Shown here: positions 19,207-27,900 of the stretch, piece by piece
Numbering within the stretch: the first letter of the stretch is position 1
How the letters are laid out: each line of letters begins with the position of its first letter
Origin: an uncultured Actinomycetes bacterium
GTDB taxonomy: Bacteria; Actinomycetota; Thermoleophilia; Gaiellales; JALYLC01
DNA: 64,000 bases
Direction: 5' to 3'
Assembly: GCA_963743275.1 (NCBI GenBank)
Contig: CAVUPB010000002.1
Span: 168,863 to 232,862 of the forward strand
Translations under genes and position numbers: made by a program
The notes under the pieces: generated by a model
Databases searched by the model: none
What the model saw: only the letters and a program-made list of their open reading frames with translations
What the model was told of the DNA's origin: nothing

Positions 19207-20601
19207 TCATGCGTGCCCCGCACGCCACCCGCCGGGCGCATACGACTTCCGCACCGCCTCGACGTAGGGCACCGGGCTGACGATGGCGCCGATCTCCGTC
19301 TGCACGTGGGCTTCGACGGTCGGCTTGGCCGTGCCGCCGTCGCCCTCGCCCCAGACGAACGTCACCTCCGTGCCGGGCTCCGCGTACTCCGCGTCGACGA
19401 CGGCGAGCGTGAGCACCTTGCCCTCGTTGGAGCTGTACCCCACCCAGGTCGAGATGCCGACCGTCTCCCCGTCGACGGTGACGCGGTCGTACGGATGCAT
19501 CGAGTACACGGCCGACGGCCAGTCGATGAACTTCGCGCGTCCGGACTTCTGGAACATCGAGCCGATCGCGCGCGTCACGTCCTCGTCCTCGAGCGCGAGC
19601 GTGACCTTGTGCCGGTGCTCCCCCTCGGCCATCCGCTCGAGCGCCTCGCGCCCGATGAAGTCGTGGTCGAACTTGACGTAGTTCCCGTAGCCGAGATCCC
19701 AGGGCGTGAAGTAGTAGTCCTCGATCCGCGGCGAGGCGAAGCTGCCGCCGATCGAGGCCGAGCCCTCGTAGCCGTCGGCCGGCAGCCACTCGCGGTACGG
19801 CCTGAGGCTCTCGCCGGAGTAGACGGCCGGCAGCGGCGAGGGGATCCAGCCGGACTCGAGCGTGTTCGACGAGTACGCGCGGCCGCCGACCTGCCTGAGG
19901 CCGAACTCCACGCCGGCCGTCACGATCGCCTCGCGCACCGCCTCGCCGTCCTCCCAGGGACCGAACAGCTCCCAGCCGGGCTGGCCGGCCATGCCGTGGC
20001 GGAGCGCGCGCACGCTCCGGCCCGCGATCGTCACCGTCGTCATGTGGAAGAAGCGCAGCTCGGGGGGAGCGTGACCGAGCAGCTTCTCGATCACGTGCAT
20101 CGCGCTCGGGCCCTGCACCTGGAAGCGGTACGACTTGCGGCGCCCGTCGCTGCGCAGCGCCGAACGCTGGTCGAGCTCGACCCGGACGTCGTAGCCGCCC
20201 GTCTCCGCGTGATAGGTGATCCAGTTCAGCGCGGGCGCCCGCCCGACGAGGTTGTACGCGTTCTCGGCGAGCGCGAAGAGGATCACGTCGCCGATCACGT
20301 GGCCGTCCGGGGTGCACGGCACGAAATGCTTCGCGTGGCCGGCGACGAAGCCCTCGAAGCTGTTGACGCCGAGCCGTGAGAGCAGCTTCAGCGCATCCGG
20401 TCCCTCCACCGCGAGGTCGGCCATGTGGAAGGTCTGGTTGAAGAGGACGCAGGTCCTCTGCCAGGCCTGCTGCTCGTCGAGCCAATTCGTGAACTCGGCC
20501 GGGACGCCGGGGTAGACATTCGGTCCCGCCTGCGAGTTGCGCAGCAGCTCGACCGGGCTCTGCCCGGCGCCCAGCAGGTCCTCCAGGTTGCGAGGGCTCA
20601 C
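19207..20601 (-). CDS. ligM: Tetrahydrofolate-dependent aryl O-demethylase of the GcvT family (LigM/DesA type)
   Basis: End-to-end resemblance to LigM as I recall it: LLRNSQ, PEF.NW..EQ.AW, RHGMAG.PG.E..GPW, NTLESGWIPSPLPA.Y, YREWLPA, IEDYY, VKFDHDFIGR.ALE and VSPVPY. AAGGAGG RBS before a GTG start. Confidence 0.85.
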   Translation of the reverse strand: MSPRNLEDLLGAGQSPVELLRNSQAGPNVYPGVPAEFTNWLDEQQAWQRTCVLFNQTFHMADLAVEGPDALKLLSRLGVNSFEGFVAGHAKHFVPCTPDGHVIGDVILFALAENAYNLVGRAPALNWITYHAETGGYDVRVELDQRSALRSDGRRKSYRFQVQGPSAMHVIEKLLGHAPPELRFFHMTTVTIAGRSVRALRHGMAGQPGWELFGPWEDGEAVREAIVTAGVEFGLRQVGGRAYSSNTLESGWIPSPLPAVYSGESLRPYREWLPADGYEGSASIGGSFASPRIEDYYFTPWDLGYGNYVKFDHDFIGREALERMAEGEHRHKVTLALEDEDVTRAIGSMFQKSGRAKFIDWPSAVYSMHPYDRVTVDGETVGISTWVGYSSNEGKVLTLAVVDAEYAEPGTEVTFVWGEGDGGTAKPTVEAHVQTEIGAIVSPVPYVEAVRKSYAPGGWRAGHA

Positions 20602-21356
20602 GATCCTCCTTCTCGTTCGGCGTTGTCCTCGGCGGCGGTAGCGGTGTGGGAATGCTCGCCGAGGTAGCTCGCGATCAGCAGGTGCCGGTCGGCGCGCAAC
20701 TGCTCCGCCTCGTTGTGGAGGACGATCTCCCCGTGTGAGAGCACGTAGCCGCGGTCGGCGACCTCGAGCGCCAGGTGGACATGCTGCTCGACCAGCAGCA
20801 CCGCGCAGCCGCTCTTCTCGGCGAAGCGACGCACCACGGGCAGCAACGACTCGACGATCACCGGGGCGAGCCCGAGGCTGAGCTCGTCGAGGAGCATCAG
20901 CCGTGGCGAGCGCGCGAGCGCGCGCGCGACCGCGAGCATCTGCTGCTCGCCTCCCGAGAGGAGCCCGGCGCGCCGCTCGCGCAGTTCCCGCAGTTGCGGG
21001 AAGTACTCGTACACGGACGATTCGTCGAGTCGCTCGCGGCGGGGGCCGACACGGAAGTGCTCGGCCACGGTCAGCCCGAAGAAGAGGCCGCGCCCCTCCG
21101 GAACGTGGGCGATCCCGAGTTGTGCGCGGCTGCTCGGCGACGTGCGAGCGAGGTCGGAGCCGTCGAACACGATGCGGCCGGCCATCGGCCTGACCAGGCC
21201 CGAGACGGCGCGCAGGGTCGTCGTCTTGCCTGCGCCGTTGGCACCGAGCAGCGCGACGACCTCGCCCGCGGCGACGGTCAGGTCGACCCCCCGGATCACG
21301 GCCGCGTGGTCGTAACCCGCGGTCAGGCCCTCGAGCGAGAGAACGGCGTCAGCCAT
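20598..21356 (-). CDS. ABC transporter ATP-binding protein, LivF-like
   Basis: Walker A GANGAGKTT, signature LSGGEQQ and Walker B LMLLDE. Confidence 0.9.
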   Translation of the reverse strand: MADAVLSLEGLTAGYDHAAVIRGVDLTVAAGEVVALLGANGAGKTTTLRAVSGLVRPMAGRIVFDGSDLARTSPSSRAQLGIAHVPEGRGLFFGLTVAEHFRVGPRRERLDESSVYEYFPQLRELRERRAGLLSGGEQQMLAVARALARSPRLMLLDELSLGLAPVIVESLLPVVRRFAEKSGCAVLLVEQHVHLALEVADRGYVLSHGEIVLHNEAEQLRADRHLLIASYLGEHSHTATAAEDNAEREGGS

Positions 21357-22131
21357 GCCCGCCCTCCTCCAGAGCGGGCGCGAGCTCGGCGGCCGCGCTG
21401 CCGAGATAGGCGGCGATCACCCGCGGGTCGCGGCGCACGGTGTCGGCTGCTCCGCGCGCGATCACCTTGCCGAACTCCAGCACGACGACCTCGTCGCAGA
21501 TCCCGAGCACGAGACCCATGTCGTGATCGACGAGCAGCATCGCCTGGCCCTCGTCGACGAGACGGCGCAGCCGCCTTCCCAGCTCCTCGCTCTCGTGCGT
21601 GTCGAGTCCGGCAGCGGGCTCGTCGAGGCATATGAGCCGCGGCCGCGCGGCGAGCGCCCGCCCGATGCCGACGAGCTTGCGCTGCCCCTGCGACAGCTCG
21701 CCGGGCAGCTCGTCCACGATCGCCTCGAGTCCGAGCAGCTCCAGCACCGAGCCGATCTCCGAGAGGTCGCTGCGGGGCGCCGACACCGCCTCCCGCAGCG
21801 TCCGCCGCAGGGAGGGCCGATGCGCGGCGACGAGGAGGTTCTCGCCGACCGTGAGGTCGTCGAAGAGCTCGATCGACTGCCACGTGCGCGCCAGCCCGCG
21901 CTGGGCGCGGGCGTGCGGCGGCAGGGCGGTGAGGTCGTCTCCGTCGAGAGCGACGCGGCCGCGGGCGTGGACGAATCCGCTGATCGCGTCGATGAAGGTC
22001 GTCTTGCCGGCGCCGTTCGGGCCGATCAGGCCGACGAGCCGACCCGCTCCGACGTCGAGGTCGACGTCCACGACGGCGTGCACGCCGCCGAAGCTCACCG
22101 AGATCCCGGCTGCCCGCAGGACCGGGGTCAC
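21349..22131 (-). CDS. ABC transporter ATP-binding protein, LivG-like
   Basis: Walker A GPNGAGKTT, signature LSQGQRK and Walker B LICLDEP. GTG start. Confidence 0.9.
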   Translation of the reverse strand: MTPVLRAAGISVSFGGVHAVVDVDLDVGAGRLVGLIGPNGAGKTTFIDAISGFVHARGRVALDGDDLTALPPHARAQRGLARTWQSIELFDDLTVGENLLVAAHRPSLRRTLREAVSAPRSDLSEIGSVLELLGLEAIVDELPGELSQGQRKLVGIGRALAARPRLICLDEPAAGLDTHESEELGRRLRRLVDEGQAMLLVDHDMGLVLGICDEVVVLEFGKVIARGAADTVRRDPRVIAAYLGSAAAELAPALEEGGHG

Positions 22132-22146
22132 CGCGCCGTCGCCCCC

Positions 22147-23109
22147 CTAAGGAGCCGGCGAGCGGCGCCGCCATTCGCTCGGCGAGCAGCCGTGGGCCGC
22201 CCGGAACAGGCGGCTGAAATGCTGCGGGCCGGGCAGACCCCAGCGGCTCGCGATCGCGAGGATCGTGAGATGGCCGAGAGCCGGATCGAGCAGGTCGCCG
22301 CCACAGCGCTCCAGGCGAGCCGTGCGAATCCACTGGCACACGCTCGTGCCCTCGTCCTCGAACAGCTTGTGGAGGTAGCGCGTCGAGATGAAGCTCGCAC
22401 GGGCGATCCCCTCGGGATCGAGATCGGGGTCGCCGAGGTTCGCCTCGATGAACGACCGGATGTCGGCGAGGATCTCGGCACGCGAGCGCAGCCGCTTCGG
22501 CTCGTGGCCGCGGGTGGGCACGGCGTACATGCCCCGGACGAGGTCGAGGACGCAGTCGACGGCGTTCGGCGAGTCATCCGGCGTGACCGTCCCGTCTTCC
22601 AGCCCGCCGGCGAGTCCGCGGAAGAACGCCACGGCCGCTCGGGGCAGCCCGTCGCCGCCCGGGATCCGCAGCGCGGTGAGCTTGCTGATTCGCTCGGCAT
22701 CCCGGCCGAGGAGGTGCCTGGGCACCCGCACGCACAGCGACTCGAACGGCTCGTCCGCCCGGCAGGTCACCGGGTGCGAGGTCTCGTAGCTGATCACGTC
22801 CCCGGTCATGGCGGTGCCCGTTCGGCCCTCCTGCGCGGCTTCGAGCCGCCCACGCAGGATCACCGACACGTGCAGGCACTCGGGGTCGCAGGCCGCGATC
22901 CCCTGCGGCGTGCGCATCATCGTGTTCGCCGCCGCCGCGATCCGGAAGAAGCTGAGCGGGCCGAAGCGGTAGCCCCACATCCGCGCGCCGAACTGCTCCT
23001 TCGCCGTGCTCCGGATGTGCACCGGCAGGTACGCGTCGGTCGACGACTGCAGCCAGAAGTCCAACCGCTCGCGGGCCGGAACCATCGCCGTGTCGATGAG
23101 CAGCGCCAT
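22147..23109 (-). CDS. AraC/XylS family transcriptional regulator with an N-terminal AraC-binding-like domain
   Basis: C-terminal double HTH (ISTRYLHKLF...IASRWGLPGPQHFSRLFRAAHGCSPSEWR). Confidence 0.85.
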   Translation of the reverse strand: MALLIDTAMVPARERLDFWLQSSTDAYLPVHIRSTAKEQFGARMWGYRFGPLSFFRIAAAANTMMRTPQGIAACDPECLHVSVILRGRLEAAQEGRTGTAMTGDVISYETSHPVTCRADEPFESLCVRVPRHLLGRDAERISKLTALRIPGGDGLPRAAVAFFRGLAGGLEDGTVTPDDSPNAVDCVLDLVRGMYAVPTRGHEPKRLRSRAEILADIRSFIEANLGDPDLDPEGIARASFISTRYLHKLFEDEGTSVCQWIRTARLERCGGDLLDPALGHLTILAIASRWGLPGPQHFSRLFRAAHGCSPSEWRRRSPAP

Positions 23110-23126
23110 GCGAAGCGGCCTCGGAC

Positions 23127-23154
23127 CTTATGAGGAACCTCGTCCTCGTGTCAA
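23127..23154 (-). promoter_or_regulatory. Possible sigma-70-type promoter for the AraC gene (TTGACA-16 nt-CATAAG)
   Basis: The minus strand reads cgcctcTTGACAcgaggacgaggttcctCATAAGgtccgaggccgcttcgcATG. Judged by eye, no scoring. Confidence 0.3.
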
Positions 23155-23175
23155 GAGGCGCAAGGCCGCTCGCGG

Positions 23176-24401
23176 TCACGCCACGGCCCCCGCGCCGAAG
23201 AGCTCCTTCGTCGCGATGCGCGCGCCCTCCGCGAGCGCCTCGAGCTTGGCCCACTGGATCGTCGGGTGCACGCGCTGGAGGAAGGCGCCCTGCGCGAAGC
23301 CGCAGTCGTTCCCGCCCATCACGCTCTCGCGGCCGACGAGCCGTGCGAGCCGGACGAGCCGGTCGGCGATCAGCTGCGGATGCTCGACGACGTTCGTGTG
23401 GTGCGTGATGACGCCGGGGACGAGGACCTTCCCCTCGGGGAGCTTGACGTCCTCCCAGAGGCGCCACTCGTGCTCGTGGCGCGGGTTCGCCTGCTCCATC
23501 AGGTAGTAGCGGGCGCGCACCCGGAGCACGAGGTCGATCACGTCCGCGAGCGGGGGGTCGAAGGCGTGCGGGCCATGCCAGCTGCCGAAGCAGACGTGGT
23601 AGCGGATCCGTTCCTCCGGAATGCCCGCAAGCGCGTGGTTGAGCGCCTCGACCCGCAGCTCCGCCCAGCGCCGGTAGTCGGCGACCGAGCCGCCGAGCGA
23701 GAGGATCGAGTCGTACTCGTGCATGAGCACGGCGTCGTCGACCTGGAGCAGGAAGCCGGCCTCGACGATCCGCCGGTACTCCTCGTGGAGGGCGTCGGCG
23801 ATGGCGAAGACGAACTCCTCCTCGCTCGCGTAGTACTCGTTGCGCAGCCAGTAGACGCTCGCCGGGGCGACGACGGGCAGGAATGCGTCGGTCACGGTGA
23901 CGCCGGCGAGCGCGCTCTTGAAGCGGGCGACGTCGCGCTCGAGCGCGGAGGGGTCGTACCGGATCGGCCCCGTGCAGTACCAGAGCCTCCCTTCGGCCTC
24001 GATCGCATCGGAGCTCGGCCCGTCGCCGCCCTTGACGCGCACCTGGTTCTCGACCTCGCGGGCGAAGGCGGCGTCGTGCTCGGCGTAGAACTCCGGGAAC
24101 GCCTGCCGGTCGCGGCTGGGCGGGAGGATGTTGCCGCCCTCGAGCGGCACCATGCGCGGCTCGAGCCCGCTCACGCGCTCGTAGAGGTAGGTGATCCAGG
24201 TCGACTTGCCCATCTCGCCGTCGTCGATGACGTCGATTCCGGCATCGGCCTGGCGCTGCACCACATCCGTGACGGCGTCGGCGAGGGTCCGCTCGTAGGC
24301 GGCCTGGTCGTAGGACTCGCCGCGCGCCTCGGCGGCGAGGAAGTCGAGCAGGGCTCGCGGACGCGCGAGGCTGCCGACGTGCGTGGTCAGGATCCTCTCC
24401 A
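23176..24401 (-). CDS. Cobalamin-independent methionine synthase (MetE C-terminal, Meth_synt_2)-like family protein
   Basis: MERILTTHVGSLARP, a GIDVIDDGE region, and C-terminal HVCFG...H and NDCGF contexts typical of MetE-like Zn enzymes. Its ATG overlaps the upstream permease stop (TGATG). Confidence 0.8.
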
Positions 24402-26373
24402 TCACTGCTCCTCTTGGGTGAGAGCAAGGGCCGCGGGGGCCCGCTGTCTGCGCTTCGACGACCGCTTCCGGTAGGCGGCGCCCGCGACGCCGTCCGGGTT
24501 CTGGTAGAGCGTCACGATCAGCGCGGCGCCGCCGAAGAGCAACGCCCAGTTGCCGGACACCCCGAACCACTTCTCGAGCGCGTACGGCAGCAGCGCCTCG
24601 ACCGAGATGAGGCCGGCGAAGATGGCGCCCGAGACCATCGTGATGCCGCCGACGTAGGCGAGGGCGATCAGGCTCAGCGCGGTCAGGGCGGAGAAGCGCC
24701 CGACCGTGACCGAGCTGAAGTTGTAGCCGTAGAGCGCTCCCGCCGATCCCCGCGATGAAGGAGGCGATTCCGAAGGCGGCGAGCTTGACGTTGCGGACGT
24801 TGATCCCGGCGGCGGCCGCGGCACGCTCGTTCGAGCGGACGGCGAGCATCCGCTGACCGAGATCGGTGCGGCGCAGGTTCGCGACCAGCAACCCGAGCGC
24901 GAGCGTGATCGCGACGACGAAGAAGCCGAACACGGGGCTCGGCACCTTGCCGTCGACGCCGCGGAACGATCCGTACGGGCCGAGGTCGAGGCCGAGGATC
25001 TTCGGCTCCGGTACCGGCGAGCTCGAGCTGCCACCGCCCCAGGTCGTGTTGAGGAAGACGAACTGCTCGATCGCGACCGCCGCTGCGAGCGTGACGACGG
25101 CGAGGCTGACGCCGCGGACGCGCAGCGCGGAGACGGCGACGACGAGGCCGCAGACGGTCGCGCCGACCGCGCCGATCAGCATGCCCCAGGGAAAGCCGAC
25201 CCCGTGATCGGTGGCGAGGTGGGAGAGGATGAAGCCCGAGACGCCGGCGAGAGCGAGCTGGACGATCGAGATCTGGCCGACATAGCCGGTGATCACGACC
25301 AGCGACAGGCACATGACCGTTGCCAGCAGCGACGTGATCAGCGCCTGCCTGAAGTCGTAGGGCAGCACGATCAGGGCGACGACGGCGGCCGTCGTGGCGA
25401 TCAGCGCGGAGCGCCACAGCCGGCTCGGGCGCGGCGCGAGCGGAAGCCGCTGCTCGACGAGCTCGCCGCGGGTCGGCAGGTTCGTGCCGCGCAGGAACAT
25501 CGCCACGACCATCAGCCCGAAGACGAGCAGCGGCTGCACGCCGGGCATCGCCACGCCGTTGTCGGTCGGGAACCAGCTGAAGGTCTGGAAGTAGTAGAGG
25601 ACGTTCTCGAGCATCCCGATCCCGAGTCCCACCGCGGTCGCGATCCAGAACGACGTGAAGCGCGCGAACAGCGCCGCCGTCAGCGCGGGCACGACCTGGA
25701 GCGGCAGCGACGTCGAGTCGAGCTGCGTGATCGAGGCGGCGAGCACGCCGAGGCCTCCGGCGACGACGGTGGCGAGCACCGTGTTCGCGAGTGCCAGCTG
25801 GTTCGGCGAGAGCCCCAGGAGCATCGCGCCGACCTCGTTCTCCGAGGCGGCCCGCGTTGCGAGTCCGAAGCGGCTGAGCCGGAACAGGAGCGAGAGCACG
25901 AGCGCGCCGGCGAGGACGATTGCGGGCAGGATGAGCCGGTCGACCGGAACGAGCGAGCCGAGCATGTGCACCGTGTCGCGCGGGAGCACCGGCGGTTGCG
26001 GCTTGGTGGCGATCCCGAACCCGAGCGCGACGCCCGCCTGCGCGACGAGCAGGACTCCGAGCGAGGCCGCGAGCTTGGCGAGCGGCGAGGCGGTGCGCAG
26101 CGGCCGGAACGCGACGAGCTCGATCACCACGCCGAGCGCCACGAGAAACAGGAGCGTGACGATCAGCGCCGGCGCCGTCGGCGCGTGCCACCCGTAGACG
26201 CCGGTCTTGAGCGACCAGTACGAGTAGCCGCCGAGCATCGCGACGGCGCCGGTCGCGAGGTTGATGATCCCCGAGCCGCGGTACGTCAGGACGACGCCGA
26301 TCGCGATGCCGGCGATGAGCGCACCGGTCCCGAGGCCGAGGATCGCGAAGAGGAGGAGTTGGTTCCAGTCCAT
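24402..26373 (-). pseudogene. Fused LivH-LivM type branched-chain/aromatic-acid ABC permease with an apparent frameshift near 24725-24750
   Basis: The LivH-like then LivM-like sequence is continuous to GIASFIAGIGGS. It then continues as ALYGYNFSSVTVGRFSALTALSLIALAYVGGITMV in another frame (ORF 24402-25034). The length is not a multiple of 3. Confidence 0.8.
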
Positions 26374-26440
26374 GCCCTGAGAGCAACACGGGGGCGGGGC
26401 CCGTTGTGCGACCCCGCCCCCTTGGTTGGTCGCCGGTCGG

Positions 26441-27721
26441 CTAGCCCTGGGGCGTGAAGTTGGCGGGCGGACGCAGCCAGCCACTCAGCGGCGTGAAGAC
26501 GCCCTTGCCCTCGTACTGGAAGAACTGCGCCTGGTCGTTGCAGGCGGCGGGCTCGGTCGGGTACTTGCCGCAGTGCAGACTCGGAGCGCCGAGCGCCTGC
26601 GGGCCCTTGAACGCCCTGATGGTGGTCGTGAACTTCGCGGGCGTCAGCTTCGCGACGCCGATCTGGTTCATCATCTTGACGGTCGTGAGGATCTGGCCCC
26701 AGGAGACGATCACCCAGGCGTCCCCGGCGAGCTTCGACTGGCCGAGCTTCGCCATCGCCTTGTTGTAGGGCACGGCGCCCTTGTCCGACTTGTCGCCGGC
26801 GAGCGTCGAGGCGATGCCGTAGACCCATGGCGCGAGGTCGCCGCCCAGGCCCGCCGCGACCTCCCCGCTCAGGCAGAGCGGGTTCGAGACGATCTTGGAG
26901 CCGGGGACGCCGAGCTGCTGCAGCGTCTTGGCGACGTTGACGCAGCCGGCGGCGTTGCTCTGCGGGACGACGATGTCCGCCGTCTGGGCTCCGGCCGCGG
27001 TGAGCGGGCCGGTCAGGTCCGTCGTGTTCGGGTCGAAGCCGACGAGCTTCGTCGAGATGCCGGCGGCTTCGAGGCTCGTCTTCTCGACCTTGGCGCCGAC
27101 GTCGATCCCCGGCACCTGCGGGTAGATCACGGCAGCGGTCGACGCGTGCAGCTTCGTCTTGGCGAACGTGCCCCACGGGCCGAGCACCGAGTCGTTGGTG
27201 CCGAAGAGCGCGAACTCGTTCTTCTGGACCGCGTCGACCGGCAGGAGCGCGACGCCGCTGACGATCGGCTTCTTGCCGTGGAGCGCCGCGTAGAGCGACT
27301 GGTTGCCGAGCGCGACGGCGCCGAGCTCGACGGCCACGACGCGCTTGTCGTTCGCGAACTTCTGGCCGCACTTCGTCCCGTCTTCCTCCGAGTTCGTGAA
27401 GCACTCGCTGAGGACGAGCTTGTGACCCTGCACGCCGCCGAGGTAGGTGTTGACGTACTTGACGGCGAGCTCGGCGCCCTTCGTCCAGTTGGGGCCGATG
27501 AGCACCTGGCCGCCCTGCGTGTTGACAGCGCCGATCACGATCGGCGAGAGCTTCGGGTTCGCCTTGCCGGCCGTACCGCCGACATACGTGAGGTAGTTCG
27601 TGACCGGCCGATTGGCCGTCGAGCGCCCGAGGGCGATCGGGACGGCGGCCGCCAGCACGATTGCAGAGACTCCTACGACGATCGCGAGACGCCCGAGCGG
27701 GCGTCGCTCTCCAGACCTCAT
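26441..27721 (-). CDS. ABC transporter substrate-binding protein, LivJ/Peripla_BP_6 family
   Basis: N-terminal membrane anchor/signal (LAIVVGVSAIVLAAAVPIALG), a type I periplasmic-binding fold-like sequence and a GAAGGAGG RBS. Confidence 0.85.
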   Translation of the reverse strand: MRSGERRPLGRLAIVVGVSAIVLAAAVPIALGRSTANRPVTNYLTYVGGTAGKANPKLSPIVIGAVNTQGGQVLIGPNWTKGAELAVKYVNTYLGGVQGHKLVLSECFTNSEEDGTKCGQKFANDKRVVAVELGAVALGNQSLYAALHGKKPIVSGVALLPVDAVQKNEFALFGTNDSVLGPWGTFAKTKLHASTAAVIYPQVPGIDVGAKVEKTSLEAAGISTKLVGFDPNTTDLTGPLTAAGAQTADIVVPQSNAAGCVNVAKTLQQLGVPGSKIVSNPLCLSGEVAAGLGGDLAPWVYGIASTLAGDKSDKGAVPYNKAMAKLGQSKLAGDAWVIVSWGQILTTVKMMNQIGVAKLTPAKFTTTIRAFKGPQALGAPSLHCGKYPTEPAACNDQAQFFQYEGKGVFTPLSGWLRPPANFTPQG

Positions 27722-27900
27722 GCGCGTTCCAGCCTCCTTCGTCCACCGGCTCGTTTGCTCGAGCAGAAGCGTCCAGGCCGAGCGCGACGTCCGGTGACGC
27801 GGACGGCCCCGGGCAATCGTCGCGGGCAGCGCGGGCGCGCTCTTCGCAACGGGCGCACAGTCTCCGGAACGACTTGACGTTCCGCGCACAGATCGCTTGT

